Part shown: positions 1 to 12,500 of the stretch, piece after piece
Layout of the letters: each line of letters opens with the position of its first letter
Position numbering within the stretch: position 1 is the stretch's first letter
Assembly (NCBI GenBank): GCA_964016885.1
Contig: OZ024744.1
Coordinates: 18,042,001 to 18,106,000 of the forward strand
From: Eledone cirrhosa
Taxonomy: Eukaryota
Length of the DNA stretch: 64,000 nucleotides
Direction of reading: 5' to 3'
Translations under genes and position numbers: made by a program
The notes under the pieces: model-generated
The model's database searches: none
Told to the model about the DNA's origin: nothing
The model's input: only the letters and a program-made list of their open reading frames with translations

Positions 1-3000
1 ATGTCTGTGTCACAGTGTATGTCACTGTATCATTGTGTATGCCTGTGTCACTGTGTATGTCACTGTGTGTTTCTATATGTCTGTGCCACGGTGTATGTCA
101 CTGTATCATTGTGTATGCCTGTGTCACTGTGTATGTCACTGTGTGTTTCTGTATGTCTGTGTCACTGTGTATGTCAATGTCTCTGTGTGTTTCTGTATGT
201 CTGTGTCTCTGTGTATGTCACTGTATCTTTGTGTATGTATGTGTCACTGTGTATGTCACTGTGTGTTTCTGCATGTCAGTGTCACTGTGTATGTCACTGT
301 GTGTTTCTGTATGTCTGTGTCACTGTATATGTCACTGTATGTTTGTGTATGTCTGTGTCACTGTGTATGTCACTGTGTGTTTCTGTATGTCTGTGTCACT
401 GTGTATGTCACTGTGTGTTTCTGTATGTATGTGTCACTGTGTATGTCACTGAGTGTTTCTGTATGTATGTGTCACTATGTATGTCGCTGTATGTTTGTGT
501 TGTCTGTGTCACTGTGTATGTCACTGGGTGTTTCTGTATGTCTATGTCACTGTGTATGTCACTGTGCGTTTCTGTATGTATGTATCACTGTGTATGTCAC
601 TGTGTGTTTCTGTATGTCTGTGTCACTGTCTATGTCACTGTATCTTTGTGTATGTCTGTTTCACTGTGTATGTCAATGTGTGTTTCTGTATGTATGTGTC
701 TCTGTGTATGTCACTTTATCTTTGTGTATGTATGTGTCACTGTGTATGTCACTGTGTGTTTGTGTATGCCTGTGTCACTGTGTATGTTAACTGTGAGTTT
801 CTGTATGTCTGTGTCACTGTGTATGTCACTGTATATTTCTGTATGTCTGAGTCAGTGTGTATGTCACTGGGTGTTTCTGTATGTCTGTGTCACACTGTAT
901 CTCACTGTATCTTTGTGTAGGTCTCTGTCACCGTGTATGTCACTGTGAGTTTCTGTATATCTGTGTCACTGTGTATGTCACAGTGTGTTTCTGTATGTAT
1001 GTGTCACTGTGTATGTCACTGTATGTCTCTGTATGTATGTGTCACTGTCTATGTCACTGTATCTTTGTGTATGTCACTGTGTGTTTCTGTATGTCTGTGT
1101 CTCTGTGTATGTCACTGTATCTTTGTGTATGTCTGTGTCACTGTGTATGTCACTGTGTGTTTCTGTATGTCTGTGTCACTGTGTATGTCACTGTGTGTTT
1201 CTGTATATCTGTGTCTCTGTGTATGTCACTGTATCTTTGTGTATGTCTGTGTCACTGTGTATGTCACTGTATCTTTGTGTATGTTTGTGTCACGGTGTAT
1301 ATCACTGTATGTTTATGAATGTCTGTGTCACTGTGTATGTCACTGTGTGTTTCTGTATGTCTGTGTCACGGTGTATGTCACTGTGTGTTTCTGTATGTCT
1401 GTGTCACCGTGTATGTCACTGTATCATTGTGTATGCCCGTGTCACTGTGTATGTCACTGTGTGATTCTGTATGTCTGTGTCACTGTGTATATCACTGTGT
1501 GTTTCTGTATGCCTGTGCCACGTGTATGTCACTGTATGTTTGTGTGTGACTGTGTCTCTGTCTATGTCACTGTGTGTTTGCGTGTGTATGTGTCACTGTG
1601 TATGTCACTCTTTGTTTGTGTATGTCTGTGTCAGTGTGTGTGTTTCTCTATGTCTGTGTCACTGTGCATGTCATTGTATCTTCGTGTATGTCTGTGTCAC
1701 TGTGTATGTCACTGTATCTTTGTGTATGTATGTGTCACTCTGTATGTCACTGTGTGTTTCTGCATGTCTGTGTTACTGTGTATGTCATTGTGTGTTTCTG
1801 TATGTCTGTGTCACTGTGTATGTCACTGTATGTTTCTGTATGTCTGTTTCACTGTGTATGTCACTGTGTGTTTCTGTATGTCTCTGTCACTCTGTATGTC
1901 ACTGTATATTTCTGTATGTCTGTGTCACTGCGTATGTCACTGTATGTTTCTGTATGTCTGTGTCACTGTGTATGTCACTGTATTTTTCTGTATGTCTGTG
2001 TCACTGTGTATGTCGCTGTATCTTTGTGTATGTCTGTGTCACCGTGTATGTCACTGTATGTTTCTGTATGTCTGTGTCACTGTGTATGTCACTGTATGTT
2101 TCTGTATGTCTGTGTCACTGTGTATGTCACTGTATGTTTCTGTATGTCTGTGTCACTGTGTATGTCACTGTATCTTCGTGTATGTATGTGTCCATGTGTA
2201 TGTCACTGTATGTTTCTGTATGTCTGTGTCACTGTGTATATCACTGTATGTTTCTGTATGTCTGTGTCACTGCCTATCTCACTGTATGTTTCTGAATGTC
2301 TGTGTCACTGTGTATGTCACTGTGCGTTTCTGTATGTCTGTGTCACGGTGTATGTCACTGTATGTTTGTGTGTGTATTTGTCACTGTGTATGTCACTGTG
2401 TGTTTGTGTATGTCTGTGTCACTGTGTATGTCACTGTGTGTTTCTGTATGTCTGTGTCACTGTGTAAGTCATTGTATCTATGTGTATGTCTGTGACACTC
2501 TGTATGTCATTGTGTGTTTCTGTATGTCTGTGTGACTGTCTATGTCACTGTATATTTGTGTATGTCTGTGACACTGTGTATGCTAATGTGTGTTTATGTA
2601 TGTATGTGTCTCTGTGTATGTCACTGTATCTTTGTGTATGTATGTGTCACTGTGTATGTCACTGTCTGTTTGTGTATGACTGTGTCACTGTGTATGTCAC
2701 TGTATATTTCTGTATGTCTGTGTCACTGTGTATGTCACTGTATGTTTCTGTATGTCTGTGTCACTCTGTATGTCAATGTGTGTTTCTGCATGTCTGTGTC
2801 ACTGTGTATGTCATTGTGTGTTTCTGTATGTCTGTGTCACTGTGTATGTCACTGTATCTTTGTGTATGTATGTGTCCCTGTGTATGTCACTGTATGTTTC
2901 TTATGTCTGTGTCACTGTGTTTCTGTATGTCTGTGTCACTGTGTATGTCACTGTATCTTTGTGTATGTCTGTGTCACCGTGTATGTCACTGTATGTTTCT

Positions 3001-6000
3001 GTATGTCTGTGTCACTGTGTATGTCACTGTATGTTTCTGTATGTCTGTGTCACTGTGTATGTCACTGTATCTTTGTGTATGTATGTGTCCCTGTGTATGT
3101 CACTGTATGTTTCTGTATGTCTGTGTCACTGTGTATATCACTGTATGTTTCTGTATGTCTGTGTCACTGTCTATCTCACTGTGTGTTTCTGAATGTCTGT
3201 GTCACTGTGTATGTCACTGTGCGTTTCTGTATGTCTGTGTCACGGTGTATGTCAATGTCTCTGTGTGTTTCTGTATGTCTGTGTCTCTGTGTATGTCACT
3301 GTATCTTTGTGTATGTATGTGTCACTGTGTATGTCACTGTGTGTTTCTGTATGTCTGTGTCACTGTGTATGTCAATGTCTCTGTGTGTTTCTGTATGTCT
3401 GTGTCTCTGTGTATGTCACTGTATCTTTGTGTATGTAAGTGTCACTGTGTATGTCACTGTGTGTTTCTGTATGTCTGTGTCACTGTGTATGTCACTGTGT
3501 GTTTCTGCATGTCAGTGTCACTGTGTATGTCACTGTGTGTTTCTGTATGTCTGTGTCACTGTATATGTCACTGTATGTTTGTGTATGTCTGTGTCACTGT
3601 GTATGTCACTGTCTGTTTCTGTATGACTGTGTCACTGTGTATGTCACTGTGTGTTTCTGTATGTATGTGTCACTGTGTATGTCACTGAGTGTTTCTGTAT
3701 GTATGTGTCACTATGTATGTCGCTGTATGTTTGTATTGTCTGTGTCACTGTGTATGTCACTGTGTATTTCTGTATGTCTGTGTCAGTGTGTATGTCACTG
3801 GGTGTTTCTGTATGTCTGTGTCACACTGTATATCACTGTATCTTTGTGTAGGTCTCTGTCAACGTGTATGTCACTGTGAGTTTCTGTATGTCTGTGTCAC
3901 TGTGTATGTCACAGTGTGTTTCTGTATGTATGTGTCACTGTGTATGTCACTGTATGTCTCTGTATGTATGTGTCACTGTCTATGTCACTGTATCTTTGTG
4001 TATGTCTACGTCACTGTGTATGTCACTGTGTGTTTCTGTATGTCTGTGTCTCTGTGTATGTCACTGTATCCTTGTGTATGTTTGTGTCACGGTGTATATC
4101 CCTGTACGTTTGTGTATGTCTGTGTCACTCTATATGTCACTGTACGTTTGTGTATGTCTGTGTGACTGTGTATGTCACTGTATGTTTCTGTATGTCTGTG
4201 TCACGGTGTATGTCACTGTGTGTTTCTGTATGTCTGTGTCACTGTGTATGTCACTGTATCTTTGTGTATGTCTGTGTCACTGTGTACGTCACTGTGTGTT
4301 TCTGTATGTATGTGTCACTGTCTATGTCACTGTATGTTTCTGAATGTCTGTGTCACTGTGTATGTCACTGTGTGTATCTGTATGTCTGTGTCACGGTGTA
4401 TGTCACTGTATGTTTGTGTGTGTCTGTGTCACTGTGTATGTCACTGTGTGTTTCTGTATGTCTGTGTCACCGTGTATGTCACTGTATCTTTGTGTATGCC
4501 TGTGTCACTGTGTATGTCACTGTGTGATTATGTATGTCTGTGTCTCTGTCTATGTCACTGTGTGTTTGCGTGTGTCTGTGTCACTGTGTATGTCACTGTT
4601 TGTTTGTGTATGTCTGTGTCACTGTGTGTGTTTCTGTATGTCTGTGTCACTGTGCATGTCATTGTATCTTCGTGTATGTCTGTGTCACTGTGTATGTCAC
4701 TGTATCTGTGTGTATGTCTGTGCCACTCTGTATGTCACTGTGTGTTTCTGCATGTCTGTGTTACTGTGTATGTCATTGTGTGTTTCTGTATGTCTGTGTC
4801 ACTGTGTATGTCACTGTATGTTTCTGTATGTCTGTTTCACTGTGTTTGTCACTGTGTGTTTCTGTATGTCTCTGTCACTCTGTATGTCACTGTATATTTC
4901 TGTATGTCTGTGTCACTGTGTATGTCACTGTATGTTTCTGTATGTCTGTGTCACTGTGTATGTCACTGTATTTTTATGTATGTCTGTGTCACTGTGTATG
5001 TCACTGTATCTTCGTGTATGTATGTGTCCCTGTGTATGTCACTGTATGTTTCTGTATGTCTGTGTCATTGTGTATGTCACTGTGTGTATCTGTATGTCTG
5101 TGTCACTGTGTATGTCAATGTATCTTTGTGTATGTCTGTGTCACCGTGTATGTCACTGTATGTTTCTGTATGTCTGTGTCACTGTGTATGTCACTGTATG
5201 TTTCTGTATGTCTGTGTCACTGTGTATGTCACTGTATGTTTCTGTATGTCTGTGTCACTGTGTATGTCACTGTATCTTCGTGTATGTATGTGTCCCTGTG
5301 TATGTCACTGTATGTTTCTGTATGTCTGTGTCACTGTGTATATCACTGTATGTTTCTGTATGTCTGTGTCACTGTCTATCTCACTGTATGTTTCTGAATG
5401 TCTGTGTCACTGTGTATGTCACTGTGCGTTTCTGTATGTCTGTGTCACGGTGTATGTCACTGTATGTTTGTGTGTGTATGTGTCACTGTGTATGTCACTG
5501 TGTGTTTGTGTATGTCTGTGTCACTGTGTATGTCACTGTGTGTTTCTGTATGTCTGTGTCACTGTGTAAGTCAATGTATCTTTGTGTATGTCTGTGGCAC
5601 TCTGTATGTCATTGTGTGTTTCTGTATGTCTGTGTGACTGTCTATGTCACTGTATATTTGTGTATGTCTGTGACACTGTGTATGTCAATGTGTGTTTCTG
5701 TATGTATGTGTCTCTGTGTATGTCACTGTATCTTTGTGTATGTATGTGTCACTGTGTATGTCACTGTGTGTTTGTGTATGACTGTGTCACTGTGTATGTT
5801 ACTGTGAGTTTCTGTATGTCTGTGTCACGGTGTATGTCACTGTATATTTCTGTATGTCTGTGTCAGTGTGTATGTCACTGGGTGTTTCTGTATGTGTGTG
5901 TCACACTGTATATCACTGTATCTTTGTGTAGGTCTGTGTCAGCGTGTATGTCACTGTATCTTTATGTATGTCTGTGTCACTGTGTATGTCACTGTGAGTT

Positions 6001-9000
6001 TCTGTATGTATGTGTCACTGTGTATGTCACTGTATCTTTATGTATGTCTGTGTCACTGTGTATGTCACTGTGAGTTTCTGTATGTCTGTGTCACTGTGTA
6101 AGTCATTGTATCTTTGTGTATGTCGGTGGCACTCTGTATGTCATTGTGTGTTTCTGTATGTCTGTGTGACTGTCTATGTCACTGTATCTTTGTGTATGAC
6201 TGCGTCACTGTGTATGTCACTGTGTGTTTCTGTATGTCTGTGTCTCTGTCTATGTCACTGTGTGTTTGCGTGTGTCTGTGTCACTGTGTATGTCGCTGTG
6301 TGTTTCTGTATGTCTGTGTGACTGTGTATGTCACTGTTTGTTTGTGTATGTCTGTGTCACTGTGTGTGTTTCTGTATGTCTGTGTCACTGTGCATGTCAT
6401 TGAATCTTTGTATATGTCTGTGTCACTGTGTATGTCACTGTATCTTTGTGTATGTCTGTGTCACTCTGTATGTCACTGTGTGTTTCTGCATGTCTGTGTC
6501 ACTGTGTATGTCATTGTGTGTTTCTGTATGTCTGTGTCACTGTGTATGTCACTGTATATTTATGTATGTCTGTTTCACTGTGTATGTCACTGTGTGTTTC
6601 TGTATGTCTCTGTCACTCTGTATGTCACTGTATATTTCTGTATGTCTGTGTCACTGTGTATGTCACTGTATGTTTCTGTATGTCTATGTCACTCTGTATG
6701 TCACTGTGTGTTTCTGCATGTCTGTGTCACTGTGTATGTCATTGTGTGTTTCTGTATGTCTGTGTCACTGTGTATGTCACTGTATCTTTGTGTATGTATG
6801 TGTCCCTGTGTATGTCACTGTATGTTTCTGTATGTCTGTGTCACTGTGTATGTCACTGTGTTTCTGTATGTCTGTGTCACTGTGTATGTCACTGTATCTT
6901 TGTGTATGTCTGTGTCACCGTGTATGTCACTGTATGTTTCTGTATGGCAGTGTCACTGTGTATGTCACTGTATGTTTCTGTATGTCTGTGTCACTGTGTA
7001 TGTCACTGTATGTTTCTGTATGTCTGTGTCACTGTGTATGTCACTGTATCTTTGTGTATGTATGTGTCCCTGTATATGTCACTGTATGTTTCTGTATGTC
7101 TGTGTCACTGTGTATATCACTGTATGTTTGTGTATGTCTGTGTCACTGTCTATCTCACTGTGTGTTTCTGAATGTCTGTGTCACGGTGTATGTCACTGTA
7201 TCATTGTGTATGCCTGTGTCACTGTGTATGTCACTGTGTGTTTCTGTATGTATGTGTCACGGTGTATGTCACTGTATCATTGTGTATGCCTGTGTCACTG
7301 TGTATGTCACTGTGTGTTTCTGTATGTCTGTGTCACTGTGTATGTCAATGTCTCTGTGTGTTTCTGTATGTCTGTGTCTCTGTGTATGTCACTGTATCTT
7401 TGTGTATGTATGTGTCACTGTGTATGTCACTGTGTGTTTCTGTATCTCTGTGTCACTGTGTATGTCACTGTGTGTTTCTGCATGTCAGTGTCACTGTGTA
7501 TGTCACTGTGTGTTTCTGTATGTCTGTGTCACTGTATATGTCACTGTATGTTTGTGTATGTCTGTGTCACTGTGTATGTCACTGTGTGTTTCTGTATGTC
7601 TGTGTCACTGTGTATTTCACTGTGTGTTTCTGTATGTATGTGTCACTGTGTATGTCACTGAGTGTTTCTGTATGTATGTGTCACTATGTATGTCGCTGTA
7701 TGTTTGTGTTGTCTGTGTCACTGTGTATGTCACTGGGTGTTTCTGTATGTCTATGTCACTGTGTATGTCACTGTGCGTTTCTGTATGTATGTATCACTGT
7801 GTATGTCACTGTGTGTTTCTGTATGTCTGTGTCACTGTCTATGTCACTGTATCTTTGTGTATGTCTGTTTCACTGTGTATGTCAATGTGTGTTTCTGTAT
7901 GTATGTGTCTCTGTGTATGTCACTTTATCTTTGTGTATGTATGTGTCACTGTGTATGTCACTGTGTGTTTGTGTATGCATGTGTCACTGTGTATGTTAAC
8001 TGTGAGTTTCTGTATGTCTGTGTCACTGTGTATGTCACTGTATATTTCTGTATGTCTGTGTCAGTGTGTATGTCACTGGGTGTTTCTGTATGTCTGTGTC
8101 ACACTGTATCTCACTGTATCTTTGTGTAGGTCTCTGTCACCGTGTATGTCACTGTGAGTTTCTGTATATCTGTGTCACTGTGTATGTCACAGTGTGTTTC
8201 TGTATGTATGTGTCACTGTGTATGTCACTGTATGTCTCTGTATGTATGTGTCACTGTCTATGTCACTGTATCTTTGTGTATGTCACTGTGTGTTTCTGTA
8301 TGTCTGTGTCTCTGTGTATGTCACTGTATCTTTGTGTATGTCTGTGTCACTGTGTATGTCACTGTGTGTTTCTGTATGTCTGTGTCACTGTGTATGTCAC
8401 TGTGTGTTTCTGTATATCTGTGTCTCTGTGTATGTCACTGTATCTTTGTGTATGTCTGTGTCACTGTGTATGTCACTGTATCTTTGTGTATGTTTGTGTC
8501 ACGGTGTATATCACTGTATGTTTATGAATGTCTGTGTCACTGTGTATGTCACTGTGTGTTTCTGTATGTCTGTGTCACGGTGTATGTCACTGTGTGTTTC
8601 TGTATGTCTGTGTCACCGTGTATGTCACTGTATCATTGTGTATGCCCGTGTCACTGTGTATGTCACTGTGTGATTCTGTATGTCTGTGTCACTGTGTATA
8701 TCACTGTGTGTTTCTGTATGCCTGTGCCACGTGTATGTCACTGTATGTTTGTGTGTGACTGTGTCTCTGTCTATGTCACTGTGTGTTTGCGTGTGTATGT
8801 GTCACTGTGTATGTCACTCTTTGTTTGTGTATGTCTGTGTCACTGTGTGTGTTTCTCTATGTCTGTGTCACTGTGCATGTCATTGTATCTTCGTGTATGT
8901 CTGTGTCACTGTGTATGTCACTGTATCTTTGTGTATGTATGTGTCACTCTGTATGTCACTGTGTGTTTCTGCATGTCTGTGTTACTGTGTATGTCATTGT

Positions 9001-9580
9001 GTGTTTCTGTATGTCTGTGTCACTGTGTATGTCACTGTATGTTTCTGTATGTCTGTTTCACTGTGTATGTCACTGTGTGTTTCTGTATGTCTCTGTCACT
9101 CTGTATGTCACTGTATATTTCTGTATGTCTGTGTCACTGCGTATGTCACTGTATGTTTCTGTATGTCTGTGTCACTGTGTATGTCACTGTATTTTTCTGT
9201 ATGTCTGTGTCACTGTGTATGTCGCTGTATCTTTGTGTATGTCTGTGTCACCGTGTATGTCACTGTATGTTTCTGTATGTCTGTGTCACTGTGTATGTCA
9301 CTGTATGTTTCTGTATGTCTGTGTCACTGTGTATGTCACTGTATGTTTCTGTATGTCTGTGTCACTGTGTATGTCACTGTATCTTCGTGTATGTATGTGT
9401 CCATGTGTATGTCACTGTATGTTTCTGTATGTCTGTGTCACTGTGTATATCACTGTATGTTTCTGTATGTCTGTGTCACTGTCTATCTCACTGTATGTTT
9501 CTGAATGTCTGTGTCACTGTGTATGTCACTGTGCGTTTCTGTATGTCTGTGTCACGGTGTATGTCACTGTATGTTTGTGT
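1..9580 (+). repeat. Higher-order duplication: ~1-2370 repeated at ~7172-9580 (offset 7171, then 7209 after one extra monomer)
   Basis: The same rare variants occur in the same order in both copies (cactgagtg, gtcgctg..gtgttg, gttaac, tgtaggtc, tatgcccgtg, gtgccacgtg, tttctcta). Matching ORF pairs have a constant offset of 7209 (453/7662, 857/8066, 933/8142, 1471/8680, 1574/8783). Confidence 0.9.
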
Positions 9581-12500
9581 ATGACTGTGTCACTGTGTAT
9601 GTCACTGTATATTTCTGTATGTCTGTGTCAGTGTGTATGTCACTGGGTGTTTCTGTATGTCTGTGTCACACTGTATATCACTGTATCTTTGTGTAGGTCT
9701 GTGTCAGCGTGTATGTCACTGTATCTTTATGTATGTCTGTGTCACTGTGTATGTCACTGTGAGTTTCTGTATGTATGTGTCACTGTGTATGTCACAGTGT
9801 GTTTCTGTATGTCTGTGTCACTGTGTATGTCACTGTATGTCTCTGTATGTCTGTGTCACTGTCTATGTCACTGTATCTTTGTGTATGTCTGCGTCACTGT
9901 GTATGTCACTGTGTGTTTATGTATGTCTGTGTCTCTGTCTATGTCACTGTCTGTTTGCGTGTGTCTGTGTCACTGTGTATGTCACTGTGTGTTTCAGTAT
10001 GACTGTGTGACTGTGAATGTCACTGTTTGTTTGTGTATGTCTGTGTCACTGTGTGTGTTTCTGTATGTCTGTGTCACTGTGCATGTCATTGTATCTTTGT
10101 GTATGTCTGTGTCACTGTGTATGTCACTGTATCTTTGTGTATGTCTGTGTCGCTCTGTATGTCACTGTGTGTTTCTGCATGTCTGTGTCACTGTGTATGT
10201 CATTGTGTGTTTCTGTATGTCTGTGTCACTGTGTATGTCACTGTATGTTTCTGTATGTCTGTTTCACTGTGTATGTCACTGTGTGTTTCTGTATGTCTCT
10301 GTCACTCTGTATGTCACTGTATATATCTCTATGTCTGTGTCACTGTGTATGTCACTGTATGTTTCTGTATGCCTGTGTCACTGTGTATGTCACTGTATCT
10401 TTGTGTATGTATGTGTCCCTGTGTATGTCACTGTATGTTTCTGTATGTCTGTGTCACTGTGTATGTCACTGTGTGTTTCTGTATGTCTGTGTCACTGTAT
10501 ATGTCACTGTATCTTTGTGTATGTCTGTGTCACCGTGTATGTCACTGTATGTGTGTGTATGTCTGTGTCACGGTGTATGTCACTGTATCATTGTGTATGC
10601 CTGTGTCACTGTGTATGTCACTGTGTGTTTCTGTATGTCTGTGTCACTGTGTATGTCAATGTCTCTGTGAGTTTCTGTATGTCTGTGTCTCTGTGTATGA
10701 CACTGTACCTTTGTGTATGTATGTGTCACTGTGTATGTCACTGTGTGTTTCTGTATGTCTGTGTCACTGTGTATGTCACTGTGTTTCTGCATGTCAGTGT
10801 CACTGTGTATGTCACTGTGTGTTTCTGTATGTCTGTGTCACTGTATATGTCACTGTATGTTTGTGTATGTCTGTGTCACTGTGTATGTCCCTGTGTGTTT
10901 CTGTATGTCTGTGTCACTGTGTATGTCACTGTGTGTTTCTGCATGTCAGTGTCACTGTGTATGTCACTGTGTGTTTCTGTATGTCTGTGTCACTGTATAT
11001 GTCACTGTATGTTTGTGTATGTCTGTGTCACTGTGTATGTCACTATGTGTTTCTGTATGTCTGTGTCACTCTGTATGTCATTGTGTGTTTATGTATGTCT
11101 GTGTCACTGTCTATGTCACTGTATCTTTGTGTATGTCTGTGTCACTGTGTATGTCAATGTGTGTTTCTGTATGTATGTGTCTCTGAGTATGTCACTGTAT
11201 CTTTGTGTATGTATGTGTCACTGTGTATGTCACTGTGTGTTTGTGTATGCCTGTGTCACTGTGTATGTTACCGTGAGTTTCTGTATGTCTATGTCACTGT
11301 CTATGTCACTGTATATTTCTGTATGTCTGTGTCAGTGTGTATGTCACTGGGAGTTTCTGTATGTATGTGTCACTGTCTATGTCTCTGTATCTTTGTGTAT
11401 GTCTATGTCACTGTGTATGTCACTGTGTGTTTCTGTATGTCTGTGTCTCTGTGTATGTCACTGTATATTTGTGTATGTCTGTGTCACTGTGTATGTCACT
11501 GTGTGTTTCTGTATGTCTGTGTCACGGTGTATATCACTGTATGTTTGTGTATGTCTGTGTCACTCTATATGTCACTGTACGTTTGTGTATGTCTGTGTGA
11601 CTGTGTATGTCACTGTATGTTTCTGTATGTCTGTGTCACTGTGTATGTATCTGTGTGTTTCTGTATGTCTGTGTCACAGTGTATGTCAATGTCTCTGTGT
11701 GTTTCTGTATGTCTGTGTCTCTGTGTATGTCACTGTATCTTTGTGTATGTATGTGTCACTGTGTATGTCACTGTGTGTTTATGTATGTCTGTGTCACTGC
11801 GTATGTCACTTTGTGTTTCTGTATGTCTGTGTCACTGTGTATGTCACGGTGTGTTTCTGTATGTCTGTGTCACTGTGTATGTCACTGTATCTTTGTGTAT
11901 GTCTGTGTCACCGTGTATGTCACTGTATATTTGCGTATGTCTTTGTCACTGTGTATTTCAATGTGTGTTTATGTATGTCAGTGTCACTGTGTATGTTACT
12001 GTGTGTTTCTGTATGTCTGTGTCACTGTGTATGTCACTGTGTGTTTCTGTATGTCTGTGTCACTGTGTATGTCATTGTATCTTTGTGTTTGTCTGTGTCA
12101 CTGTGTATGTCGCTGTGTGTTTCTGCATGTCTGTGTCACTGTGTATGTCATTGTGTGTTTCTGTATGTCTGTGTCACTGTGTATGTCACTGTATATTTCT
12201 GTATGTCTGTTTCACTGTGTATGTCACTGTGTGTTTCTGTATGTCTCTGTCACTCTGTATGTCACTGTATATTTCTGTATGTCTGTGTCACTGTGTATGT
12301 CACTGTATGTTTCTGTATGTCTGTGTCACTCTGTATGTCACTGTGTGTTTCTGCATGTCTGTGTCACTGTGTATGTCATTGTGTGTTTCTGTATGTCTGT
12401 GTCACTGTGTATGTCACTGTATCTTTGTGTATGTATGTGTCCCTGTGTATGTCACTGTATGTTTCTGTATGTCTGTGTCACTGTGTATGTCACTGTGTTT

